A stretch of DNA of 64,000 nt from a virus (Duplodnaviria > Caudoviricetes): IMG/VR virus record IMGVR_UViG_2597489997_000001, positions 192,001-256,000 of that record; one strand, given 5' to 3'. The notes beneath the pieces are model-generated. The model had not been told where the DNA came from and did not search any database. It saw nothing but the letters and a program-made list of their open reading frames with translations. This document shows, one piece after another, positions 28,683 through 36,914 of the stretch. Every line of letters starts with the position of its first letter. Within the stretch, counting starts at the first letter, position 1. A program made the position numbers and the translations under genes.

Positions 28683-28710
28683 CCCTCTACTCCTTAACGG
28701 GAGTAGAGGG
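28683..28710 (+). terminator. Intrinsic terminator
   Basis: CCCTCTACTCCT-TAAC-GGGAGTAGAGGG followed by a T-rich tract. Confidence 0.85.
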
Positions 28711-28753
28711 TTATTGTTGTTCTTATTTTCTTTTGGATTTCAGTTGAAATAGA

Positions 28754-28781
28754 TTTCAGACCTATATTACCTAAGTGTAAA
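28754..28781 (+). promoter_or_regulatory. Phage early promoter motif, copy 3
   Basis: TTTCAGACCTATATTACCTAAGTGTAAA, containing an exact TATATTAC. Confidence 0.82.
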
Positions 28782-28837
28782 TACAATAAGTATTAGTTAG
28801 GCTAATACATTCACCTGCAAATTTAAGGAACAACATC

Positions 28838-29188
28838 ATGGCTAACAACTTCGCATTCGTAAACCACTATGAAACCCGTAACGCTGCTGGCGTTGCTTTC
28901 ATCAAATCTCGTCTGGTTGCTCTGATCAACTTCTCTTCTGAAGAGAAAGAAGATGAAATCGGTTCAGTAACTATGAACGCTATCCGCACGATCGCTCGTG
29001 TTGCTTTTGGTCGTATCCCATTCGGTCGCACTGAGTTCAAATCTAACTCAGTTGAAACCTTCCAGAACTGGTACAACGATTTCGCTGAAACTAACAATCT
29101 GAAATCCATCAAAGTTACTGGTGTATGGAACGAAGAAACTCAGATCGCTTTCGCTTCTATCGCTGATAAGTACGAGGGCACTCTGTAA
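28838..29188 (+). CDS. Stand-alone paralog of the N-terminal domain of 27785..28675
   Basis: NAAGVAFIKSRLVAL vs NVAGVAYVQTRLQAL; QNWYNDF vs QQWYRNF; GVWNEET vs GKWGKDT. Confidence 0.8.
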   Translation: MANNFAFVNHYETRNAAGVAFIKSRLVALINFSSEEKEDEIGSVTMNAIRTIARVAFGRIPFGRTEFKSNSVETFQNWYNDFAETNNLKSIKVTGVWNEETQIAFASIADKYEGTL

Positions 29189-29234
29189 TAAACAACGTAG
29201 TTAACTTAACCAAATTCTAATAAGGAATATCGAA

Positions 29235-29411
29235 ATGACTCCATTCATCAAATCTGTAATCATCACTGTAATTGTTATGGCTCTGATCATCATCGGAAAT
29301 GTATTCGGTACTCCTGCATTCATCGCTGCATCAGTAGCAGTTGCCGCTATCGCAGTAGTTCTGTCTTACTATGTGTTTGATGGAATGATGGCGGCATTCA
29401 GAAAGTGTTAA
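29235..29411 (+). CDS. 58-aa two-TM membrane protein (below the ORF-track cutoff)
   Basis: TAAGGA RBS; MTPFIKSVIITVIVMALIIIGNVFGTPAFIAASVAVAAIAVVLSYYVFDGMMAAFRKC; followed by a hairpin at 29417-29448 and a T-tract. Confidence 0.75.
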   Translation: MTPFIKSVIITVIVMALIIIGNVFGTPAFIAASVAVAAIAVVLSYYVFDGMMAAFRKC

Positions 29412-29489
29412 TAAGAATCCCATCCTAGTTTAATACTAGCGATGGGATAACTTGTTTACTTTATTTTATTTTTGTTTCAAGGATCCATA

Positions 29490-30179
29490 ATGGCTAAGAA
29501 AGTTTTACTTGCAGTTGACATGGATGACACGTTAACTGAAACTCGTCTTATAATACTGAAAGATATTTATAACCGACTTATCCAAAATGGTCGTTTAGCT
29601 GAAGCGACCTATGTTAATCAAAATTATCACATCTCTCCTTTACTCTGGAGTAAAGAAATGTGTGATGTTGTTTATGAGTACGTAATTGAGTCTGGCGATT
29701 TCATGTGGTGTGCGTCGCCCGCTAAATTAGTTAGAGACGGTCTGGCTGATTTACTGCGTGCATTCAGCGACCACCAATGGGGACCTTATTTTAAATCAGT
29801 TGTCTGTACGCACCGAGGATTCCATAAGAGCGGGTTACTGGCGACAACTGACTGGCTGATTCGTCACAACTGTGACGATGTGTTCTCTGAAGTTCATGCG
29901 TTAGATCCCAAAGAACATCCTAACAAGATTGACTTCTTGCGGAAAGTTTATCCTGATTACGAAATTCTGTTATTGGATGACAATCCATTCCATGATCCGC
30001 ATCTGGTTCATCCATACTCAGATGAAGTTCTGATTGTTGAAACAGAGCACGCCCTTCCTGGTTACGTTAATCAGGAGAAGTTTACAGACCTGGACGATCT
30101 GAAAGTCCGTATCATCCGCAAGATGTTTGGTCGGCGTGGATACGAGAAACTCATTAAACAGTATGCTGATATCGCATAA
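29490..30179 (+). CDS. HAD-superfamily 5'(3')-deoxyribonucleotidase-like phosphatase
   Basis: LAVDMDDTL (motif I), CTHR, NK, LLLDDNP. Confidence 0.82.
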   Translation: MAKKVLLAVDMDDTLTETRLIILKDIYNRLIQNGRLAEATYVNQNYHISPLLWSKEMCDVVYEYVIESGDFMWCASPAKLVRDGLADLLRAFSDHQWGPYFKSVVCTHRGFHKSGLLATTDWLIRHNCDDVFSEVHALDPKEHPNKIDFLRKVYPDYEILLLDDNPFHDPHLVHPYSDEVLIVETEHALPGYVNQEKFTDLDDLKVRIIRKMFGRRGYEKLIKQYADIA

Positions 30180-30188
30180 GGAAACACC

Positions 30189-30671
30189 ATGGGTGTTGAA
30201 ATAAGAATCCTCACTAATGATGATCTAAGAACTATTCCCACCAGAATCAGTTCAGGGATTATTAAGTTGGTAAAAGGATTAACAGAAGTTGAGCAACCTT
30301 TAACCCGATTTGACTTTGAGCGTGTCCCAAGTGAGGTTGCTACCTATGGGCTAGATTTCTATCTTGCTCCTGGTAACATAATGACCATTGCTTTAAACAC
30401 AGTCACATCTGAAGTATTGGGGATGGTCATTAATAAGATCAATGACGTAGATCACTTGAAGGTATCTGCGTTATGGTATCTGTATATCGTTCCAGAGTGT
30501 CGTGGTAAAGGTCTTGGTAGACAGCTTATGGAATCTTCGGAAGAGATGTCTCGTCGCTTAGGAGCCAACTCAATGCTTCTGAGCGTATTACCCGATAACC
30601 TCTCTGCAATCGAGTTCTATAATGAACTTGGTTATAAACCACAATTAATCAATTTAGCTAAGGATCTCTAA
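30189..30671 (+). CDS. GNAT acetyltransferase
   Basis: LYIVPECRGKGLGRQLM, LSV..DNLSAIEFYNELGY. Confidence 0.92.
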   Translation: MGVEIRILTNDDLRTIPTRISSGIIKLVKGLTEVEQPLTRFDFERVPSEVATYGLDFYLAPGNIMTIALNTVTSEVLGMVINKINDVDHLKVSALWYLYIVPECRGKGLGRQLMESSEEMSRRLGANSMLLSVLPDNLSAIEFYNELGYKPQLINLAKDL

Positions 30672-31381
30672 TGAACCAGACCTTTTATAAGGTAAACACC
30701 TTCGCATCTCCACTTTCTTATTCGCTGATTTTGGCTGCTGATGAACGTGGCGGGATTGGGCTTGATAATGACCTCCCGTGGAAACTGGCAGGCGTTAACA
30801 ATAAGTCAGATATGCAATGGTTCCGTGATAAGACCAAAGGTAAGATCATCATCATGGGATATAACACCTGGGTGAGCATCGGCCGTAAACCTTTACCAGG
30901 TCGTTACAACGTGATCATTACTGAAAAGCACTATGACGAAGTCGGTAGTGATTTAAAGGCATGGGGTGAGGAATACTACAAAACAGAAAAGGGTCAAGCT
31001 TCACCGATTCACTCGGCTGTGTGTAAATCCCCTAGCCTTGCTGTCGCGTACCTTGAAAATACCTTAGGTTACGCAACCCGTGGTGGCGAGGTAATGGTTA
31101 TCGGTGGTGCTCGTATCTATGAAGCTTTCATGGAGTACGCATCCCGCATTTATCTGACCACTTTCGAAGGTGAGTTCAAAGCGGACACATTTGTTAAACT
31201 GGATCTAACTGATTTCGAATTACGGTACCGTGATACCATGGGAGTACTGGATCCTAAGTTTGAGATTTGGGATGTTACTGAGCAGGTTGCAAAACGTCCA
31301 GATTCAGAGATCATTCAAATCTCTTATGGTCTCAAAGAAGCCACAGGTTGGGTTGCTGATATTGTTAAGGATAAAGAATAA
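30671..31381 (+). CDS. folA: Dihydrofolate reductase
   Basis: GIGLDNDLPW, DMQWFR, IIMGYNTW.SI..KPLPGR.NVII, VIGGARIY, ADTF. Confidence 0.95.
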   Translation: MNQTFYKVNTFASPLSYSLILAADERGGIGLDNDLPWKLAGVNNKSDMQWFRDKTKGKIIIMGYNTWVSIGRKPLPGRYNVIITEKHYDEVGSDLKAWGEEYYKTEKGQASPIHSAVCKSPSLAVAYLENTLGYATRGGEVMVIGGARIYEAFMEYASRIYLTTFEGEFKADTFVKLDLTDFELRYRDTMGVLDPKFEIWDVTEQVAKRPDSEIIQISYGLKEATGWVADIVKDKE

Positions 31382-31590
31382 TGTTTGTTATTCCAAATGA
31401 GCACGTTACTGCTGTAAAGGCAGATGAAATCTTTATCGTCTCTAAAATGGGACATGGGCGTGCTTCCTTGTGTGGAAGTAAACTCACTCTGGATGTTCCA
31501 GGTGAGGGACTGTATCTGGGAATGCGCTTTACGGCTACCGCCAACAACAGGGTTATTCCTGTGAGTAAAAAGAAGCCATTGTTTAAATGA
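31381..31590 (+). CDS. Small hypothetical protein
   Basis: TAATG coupling; ends at a UUCG terminator. Confidence 0.6.
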   Translation: MFVIPNEHVTAVKADEIFIVSKMGHGRASLCGSKLTLDVPGEGLYLGMRFTATANNRVIPVSKKKPLFK

Positions 31591-31595
31591 TAGTT

Positions 31596-31621
31596 GGGTG
31601 GGGAGCTTCGGCTCCTCATCC
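31596..31621 (+). terminator. Intrinsic terminator
   Basis: GGGTGGGGAGC-TTCG-GCTCCTCATCC followed by TTTTT. Confidence 0.85.
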
Positions 31622-31641
31622 TTTTTGTCTTCCTTATTATT

Positions 31642-31669
31642 TTTCGGACAGATATTATCATCGTGTATA
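31642..31669 (+). promoter_or_regulatory. Phage early promoter motif, copy 4
   Basis: TTTCGGACAGATATTATCATCGTGTATA. Confidence 0.8.
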
Positions 31670-31702
31670 AGCTCAATAAAATTTTAATCTAAGGGTAATG
31701 AG

Positions 31703-31918
31703 ATGGAAAAGTTAGTCAACATTTTAGCGAGTCGTGGAGTTCTGATTACACTGGCGATTCTCATCGTGGTGATCAAGGGCGGAATGGCTGTATTCAGTAA
31801 TCAGGGATTTAGTCTGGCTGACTTTGGTATTGGCGGGGTCTGGGCTTTCACTATTTACTGTGTTCTTAAATTCGCTGTTAATTTCGCTAAAGGGTATATC
31901 ACTGGTAAAAGAGGATAA
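31703..31918 (+). CDS. Small two-TM membrane protein
   Basis: Two hydrophobic helices; first gene after the promoter motif. Confidence 0.7.
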   Translation: MEKLVNILASRGVLITLAILIVVIKGGMAVFSNQGFSLADFGIGGVWAFTIYCVLKFAVNFAKGYITGKRG

Positions 31919-31919
31919 C

Positions 31920-32576
31920 ATGTCCGAAGTTAAAGAAGTGGTTGAAAAGAAAGAACCTATAATCGCAGAAATTTCCATAAACAAGTCATTCAATCATGAT
32001 GACATTGTGACCCTGACCGAAACAATCAGAAAAGGTGTGGATAGCTTCGACACGCTTATCTTCTATATGAATAGCATGGGCGGTCAAATCAACACAGGTC
32101 TGGTATTCCGCGATATCGTCAATTCCTGGGATAAGAAAATAGTTTATATTTCTGAACTATTGAATGCCAGTTTGGCGACTGCACTTCCCCAATGCGGTGA
32201 TGTATTGCGTCTAGCTTATCCGACTTCCAGATTTATGCTACATGACAGCACTTATACCTATAAAGGTACACGAGCCGATGTAGCTAACCAAATGGAATAT
32301 ACCAGTCATGCCGATGACGTGTGGGATAATGCCTACATGGAAGGCATTGGGTTGACCAAGAAGGAATATGCCAAACTAGTTGCTTTCGATAACGTTATGT
32401 ATGCCAACAAGTTCATGATGTTGGGAACTAAAGGTGGCATCGATGGAATGATTCTTAAGCGACTCAATGTTGCCCAATATGTTTGTAATACGCGTACGGG
32501 TATCAAAATGATTGACGTTCGTTATCATACCCGCAACGATGTTCCTAATTTGCCCTTGTATAAAGAAGGTGAATGA
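31920..32576 (+). CDS. ClpP-like serine protease
   Basis: GAGGA RBS, ATG 31920; YMNSMGG, NASLAT (catalytic Ser), RLAYPTSRFMLH (His), FDNVMYA (Asp), GIDG. Confidence 0.85.
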   Translation: MSEVKEVVEKKEPIIAEISINKSFNHDDIVTLTETIRKGVDSFDTLIFYMNSMGGQINTGLVFRDIVNSWDKKIVYISELLNASLATALPQCGDVLRLAYPTSRFMLHDSTYTYKGTRADVANQMEYTSHADDVWDNAYMEGIGLTKKEYAKLVAFDNVMYANKFMMLGTKGGIDGMILKRLNVAQYVCNTRTGIKMIDVRYHTRNDVPNLPLYKEGE

Positions 32577-33145
32577 TGGAACTACTTCACTGGTTAGCTG
32601 AACATCGAGTAGTGATTATTACCTCAATCTCCGCTTATCTACTGCTGGGTGTATTCTCACTCAGGTGGACGATAATGGGGCTGATTGGTTATCACAACGA
32701 TCCCAAGGGTAACTGGATGCTACTGGTGTTCATCGTTCTTTGGTGGATACCTGCCGGTTATCTTTTATGGGCTGTTATTTGCGGATATCTAAATAGCAAG
32801 TTCGAACCCAATAACAAAGTTAAAGTAGTCGAACAGTCAAATCAACCAACTCTCTTTGTTTGTGTTGGTAAGGGAGGGAACTATGAAGCTCTCGGATTTG
32901 GCACCCCATTAGGTTCCATGGCTATTGCTCCAAATGACTTAATGTACTTTGGGCTATCGCTGGGAGCCGGTACATGTCGAGATGAGAAACTGTCAGTCTA
33001 TGCAGCAGATCAGCTCGGCGTGTTTTATTATGAAGGTTCAGTCACCAATGATGAGAAGCGAGTCTTCTACATAGATGTCGGGACCAACAAAATGTATCAC
33101 AGAACTACCACAGATTTCTCACAACGCATGAAGCGTATTAAGTAA
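32573..33145 (+). CDS. Membrane-anchored protein with a DUF1653-like C-terminal domain
   Basis: Two TM helices, then KGGNYE..VFY..MYHR...F..R. Confidence 0.55.
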   Translation: MMELLHWLAEHRVVIITSISAYLLLGVFSLRWTIMGLIGYHNDPKGNWMLLVFIVLWWIPAGYLLWAVICGYLNSKFEPNNKVKVVEQSNQPTLFVCVGKGGNYEALGFGTPLGSMAIAPNDLMYFGLSLGAGTCRDEKLSVYAADQLGVFYYEGSVTNDEKRVFYIDVGTNKMYHRTTTDFSQRMKRIK

Positions 33146-33192
33146 TCTGTTAACCAACCTCATTCATATCACCTATAGAAAGGAAATAACAA

Positions 33193-34755
33193 ATGTCTTC
33201 CATGTTAACTGAAATCTCTTTCACCAACAAAAACGACACCCGTGAAATCGTTGATGAAGTCGTAGAGAATGCATTTAGCTCTGTTTGTTCCACGATGGGT
33301 CCTAACGGGAACTACGTGGTGATCAACCAGCTTAACAGTCCGAAGGTAACTAAGGATGGTGTATCGGTAGCAAGAGCGCTGGACTTCAATGAAGCCCGTC
33401 GCAACATGATCGCTAAGATCATTACTGAACCGTCAATTAAAACCGATGCTGAAGTAGGTGATGGTACAACTACAACTGTGTTCATCACTTATCACCTGTA
33501 TCAGAAATTCAAAGACGCAATGTCGTTTGCAAATACCCGTTATCTGGATACCCTGATCAAACAGGTACTTCAGTATATCGGTACTCTGATTCAACCAGGT
33601 GAAATCGAAAGCGAAATGTTCCGCAACATGTTGCTGACTTCCTCTAACTATGAAGAAGAGATCGTTGATAAGATTCTGGATATCTATCGCGAACATAAGA
33701 ACCCGAACATCCATCTGGAAAAATCTCCGATGCTTCCAGCGGACGAAGTGAAGATGACCAAAGAAATCTATTTCGAAGGTTCCTTCCCAATTGAAACTCA
33801 GGTTCCAGCAAACGGCGCATATGTAGTCGGACCAGAGAAAGTCGGTGTAGTTTTGATCGATGGCTCTATCCGAGCTTATCCAACCCAGCTGATCAATGCA
33901 TTACTGAATCGTTTCATTGATAACCCTGTTGTTCTGATGGCTCGTAACTTTGAACCTGAAGTGATCGCTGCTATCAATAACGAAAACCAACGTCTGGGTA
34001 CCAGTCGTATCTTCGCTTATAAAGTGAATGCGGCAGGTCTGTTGGGCGCAGGCACAATCGATGATCTGGGTCGTCTTCTGAACATCGGTCCAGTATTCGA
34101 CGTCAACTCTGTTGATCCGGCTCTGGTGAAATATAACGACGTTACTCTGTGGTTGGGGCGTAAAGGGATCCTGCTGGATAAGTCTATTGAGGAGGTTGAG
34201 TCTCGTGCTGATTCTATCCTTGAAGGTCTGGATAACCGTTATGAAGCTCTGGGTATCATTGAGCGTCAAACACCGATCGGTCGTGAGTTGAATCGTCGTA
34301 TTGGTCGACTGCGTGCTAATAACGTGACCATCAAAGTAACTGGCGTAACTGTTTCTGATGCGTCCGAACGTTGGGCTCGTTATGAAGACGTTATGAAAGC
34401 AGCGCGTACCGGACAACAGTTTGGTGTGATCCCAGGTATCGGTTATGGCTATCTGATGGCTTCCAAATGGCTTGAGGCGAACGTTCCGCAACAATCTGAT
34501 GAGAAGCTTGAGAAATGTCGTATCGGCTTGATTGAAGTGTTACGTGCGCAATATGAGCACTTGACAGGTCATGACGGTAGTGCAGAAAACCCAATCTTTA
34601 TCGATCTGGTAACAGGACAGGAATCGGATACTCCGATGAATGTATACGATAACGCAGCGGCTACTATGATCGCTCTCGAAGGTGCTTGGCAAACCGCTAA
34701 GACCTTAGGTAAGATCAGTAACGTTATGGGTCGTTCTAATACAAACTACGCATAA
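33193..34755 (+). CDS. groEL: Phage GroEL-like chaperonin
   Basis: TMGPNG..V, VTKDGVSVA, VGDGTTT, EDVMKAAR..GVIPGIG; 520 aa with no GGM tail. Confidence 0.93.
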   Translation: MSSMLTEISFTNKNDTREIVDEVVENAFSSVCSTMGPNGNYVVINQLNSPKVTKDGVSVARALDFNEARRNMIAKIITEPSIKTDAEVGDGTTTTVFITYHLYQKFKDAMSFANTRYLDTLIKQVLQYIGTLIQPGEIESEMFRNMLLTSSNYEEEIVDKILDIYREHKNPNIHLEKSPMLPADEVKMTKEIYFEGSFPIETQVPANGAYVVGPEKVGVVLIDGSIRAYPTQLINALLNRFIDNPVVLMARNFEPEVIAAINNENQRLGTSRIFAYKVNAAGLLGAGTIDDLGRLLNIGPVFDVNSVDPALVKYNDVTLWLGRKGILLDKSIEEVESRADSILEGLDNRYEALGIIERQTPIGRELNRRIGRLRANNVTIKVTGVTVSDASERWARYEDVMKAARTGQQFGVIPGIGYGYLMASKWLEANVPQQSDEKLEKCRIGLIEVLRAQYEHLTGHDGSAENPIFIDLVTGQESDTPMNVYDNAAATMIALEGAWQTAKTLGKISNVMGRSNTNYA

Positions 34756-34758
34756 TGG

Positions 34759-34788
34759 AGCTGGCCCGGGGGAAACCTCGGGTCGGCT
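34759..34788 (+). terminator. Intrinsic terminator
   Basis: AGCTGGCCCGGGG-GAAA-CCTCGGGTCGGCT followed by T-rich sequence. Confidence 0.75.
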
Positions 34789-34821
34789 TTATCTCTCACC
34801 TTTCTTTTTCTTTAAGTTAAT

Positions 34822-35106
34822 ATGAATAGTTCAAACGTTCGTCAACTACTTAAGCAGCATTTGGAAGCAGACGACTTCATGGTTCAAGTGTACCTGAACA
34901 ACAAGGATCCAGGCTTAAAGAATGAAGCGTTTTATTTATGCTTCCCTGTAGACTGTTCGGTAGATATTTTCAGAGTAGAAGGGAATCACTTAACTTATCA
35001 CAAGAAGGAATTAAGCTCTGACTTAGAGACCGATGATATTGAGCTTCACTGCTTATATATCGAGGAACATCATGCAGTCGAAAATAAAACTCAGGTGGGT
35101 ACTTAG
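34822..35106 (+). CDS. Hypothetical protein
   Basis: ORF in operon orientation; weak RBS. Confidence 0.55.
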   Translation: MNSSNVRQLLKQHLEADDFMVQVYLNNKDPGLKNEAFYLCFPVDCSVDIFRVEGNHLTYHKKELSSDLETDDIELHCLYIEEHHAVENKTQVGT

Positions 35107-35127
35107 CTTAACCGAAGGAGTTTCACC

Positions 35128-35406
35128 ATGAACATGAAGAAGATAGCTGCGGCGAAGAGTGGGGGTAGAAAACTTCTGTTGAAGTCAGATACGTTGTTCC
35201 CTCTCATCTTCATGCTTATCGTGGTAACCTACGCTCTATCCCATGGTTACAGGATGTTTGCTGTTTTCAGTATGGGGTTGATCGTAGCAAGGATTGGGGA
35301 GATTATCTTTGAGATAAAGAGTAGTCTTTTCGATAAACCTTTTTTCCACTGTCTGTTGCTAATTGGAATTCCACTACAATACGGATGGAATGTGATTACC
35401 AACTAA
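35128..35406 (+). CDS. Membrane protein, hypothetical
   Basis: AAGGAG RBS; hydrophobic segments. Confidence 0.65.
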   Translation: MNMKKIAAAKSGGRKLLLKSDTLFPLIFMLIVVTYALSHGYRMFAVFSMGLIVARIGEIIFEIKSSLFDKPFFHCLLLIGIPLQYGWNVITN

Positions 35407-35423
35407 ACAAGGGCAGGACTTGC

Positions 35424-36044
35424 ATGGCATCTCTTTACTTTTATTTCAGCACGATGAATGCTGGGAAATCAACGGGACTGTTACAGGCTAACTACAACTA
35501 CGGCGAGCGTGAGCTTGGAACGTTAGTTATGAAACCTGGAATTGATGACCGTGAGAACGGCGCTATTATCAAATCACGTATTGGGCTGGAATCACCTTGC
35601 CTGATGTTTGGTAAGGATGAGAATCTTTATGATCTTGTCTATGACCGAATTAAGGCGGGTGAAGAAATTAACTGTGTATTAATTGACGAAGCACAATTCA
35701 TGGAACCTATCCAGGTCACTCAGCTTGGGATGGTTGTGGATTGTCTTAAAGTCCCAGTGATGTGTTATGGTCTCCGTACTGATTTCCGTGGGGAACTTTT
35801 CCCCGGTAGTGCTAAGTTAATGGCTATCGCTAACGACATGTTCGAAGTGAGAACCATTTGTTGGTGCGGTAAACGTGCTCAACAAGTCCTGCGTCTTGAT
35901 GACCAGGGTAAGGTTATCCGTGAGGGCGATGTTGTCGTCACAGGGGGTAATGAGCGATACGTTTCTGTATGTCGTGAACATCATCGGTTAGGGATTATCC
36001 GCAAGGCTTCTAAAGTCAAGCAGATTCATTTCCACGAAAATTGA
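35424..36044 (+). CDS. tdk: Thymidine kinase
   Basis: STMNAGKST, SRIG, LIDEAQF, YGLRTDF.GELFPGS, ICWCG, ERYVSVCR.H. Confidence 0.97.
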   Translation: MASLYFYFSTMNAGKSTGLLQANYNYGERELGTLVMKPGIDDRENGAIIKSRIGLESPCLMFGKDENLYDLVYDRIKAGEEINCVLIDEAQFMEPIQVTQLGMVVDCLKVPVMCYGLRTDFRGELFPGSAKLMAIANDMFEVRTICWCGKRAQQVLRLDDQGKVIREGDVVVTGGNERYVSVCREHHRLGIIRKASKVKQIHFHEN

Positions 36045-36067
36045 GATCGATATTATCTAAGTGTATA
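36040..36067 (+). promoter_or_regulatory. Phage early promoter motif, copy 5
   Basis: ATTGAGATCGATATTATCTAAGTGTATA, overlapping the tdk stop. Confidence 0.75.
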
Positions 36068-36097
36068 GAACATAAACTATTTACTTGGAGATATATC

Positions 36098-36496
36098 ATG
36101 AGCGACGTATATAAAGAAGCAGTAGCTGGCGGTATCCGTGGCGCAGCATCTTACCTGGCTGATAAAGTTACAGGCAAGAAAACAGTTGAACCTGAAGTTG
36201 AATTAACTTTAGAAGAAATGGCTGACCACAAACGCAATGCCAAGAAAAACTACCGTGGTGGTTGTATTGGTGTGGCTGGTGCAGTACTCCTGGAACTGAT
36301 GTCTCCTACTGGTTCTAAGACTTCAGCATTAGCCGCTGGCTTGGCCGGTGCATTTGTACTACATCACTCTAAAGGTGTCCTGGATGCGGCTCCGCAGAAC
36401 ACTGTGATTGCTACTACAGCAGGTGCAAGCGCTGGTTGGATCTCTATGGTCGTTGGCCGTACAATGGCTTCCTACTTCCCTGGTAACGGTGAGTAA
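36098..36496 (+). CDS. Gly/Ala-rich membrane-associated protein
   Basis: GGAG RBS, ATG 36098; small-residue helices (GGCIGVAGA, AAGLAGA, AGASAG). Confidence 0.7.
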   Translation: MSDVYKEAVAGGIRGAASYLADKVTGKKTVEPEVELTLEEMADHKRNAKKNYRGGCIGVAGAVLLELMSPTGSKTSALAAGLAGAFVLHHSKGVLDAAPQNTVIATTAGASAGWISMVVGRTMASYFPGNGE

Positions 36497-36502
36497 TAGA
36501 AC

Positions 36503-36522
36503 TGGCTACCTTCGGGTAGCCA
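36503..36522 (+). terminator. Intrinsic terminator
   Basis: TGGCTACC-TTCG-GGTAGCCA followed by a T-rich tract. Confidence 0.85.
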
Positions 36523-36562
36523 ACTTCTTATTCTTATTTTTTTTTCTGTTCAAAGGTGCAAC

Positions 36563-36853
36563 ATGAAGATATCACATAAGTTAAGGGTGCTAATCTTATT
36601 GTTGGGTTTGGGAGTTACTTTTGTTGTATTAGGTAAAACAATCAAGCGTCATTATACTGATGCCCAGCTGATGCAACATTGTATTAACGTAAACAAAGGA
36701 GACATACTTCCCTACCCTGAAGGATGTATGAAACCTATTCGGATAAAGAACGACATATTCGAATTCATTAACGTTAATGGGCAAAAGGAAATGTATGTTG
36801 TTATAAAAATGAGAGATAGTACATTTCGTTATGCCAAGGTAAGAAATTCATAA
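36563..36853 (+). CDS. Signal-anchored hypothetical protein
   Basis: N-terminal TM segment, one Cys pair, AAGGT RBS. Confidence 0.65.
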   Translation: MKISHKLRVLILLLGLGVTFVVLGKTIKRHYTDAQLMQHCINVNKGDILPYPEGCMKPIRIKNDIFEFINVNGQKEMYVVIKMRDSTFRYAKVRNS

Positions 36854-36914
36854 TTATCCTATGAAAGGTAATTTAAGCAGTTCCACTTTCTTTGCAATCA
36901 TGGAAATATAAACA

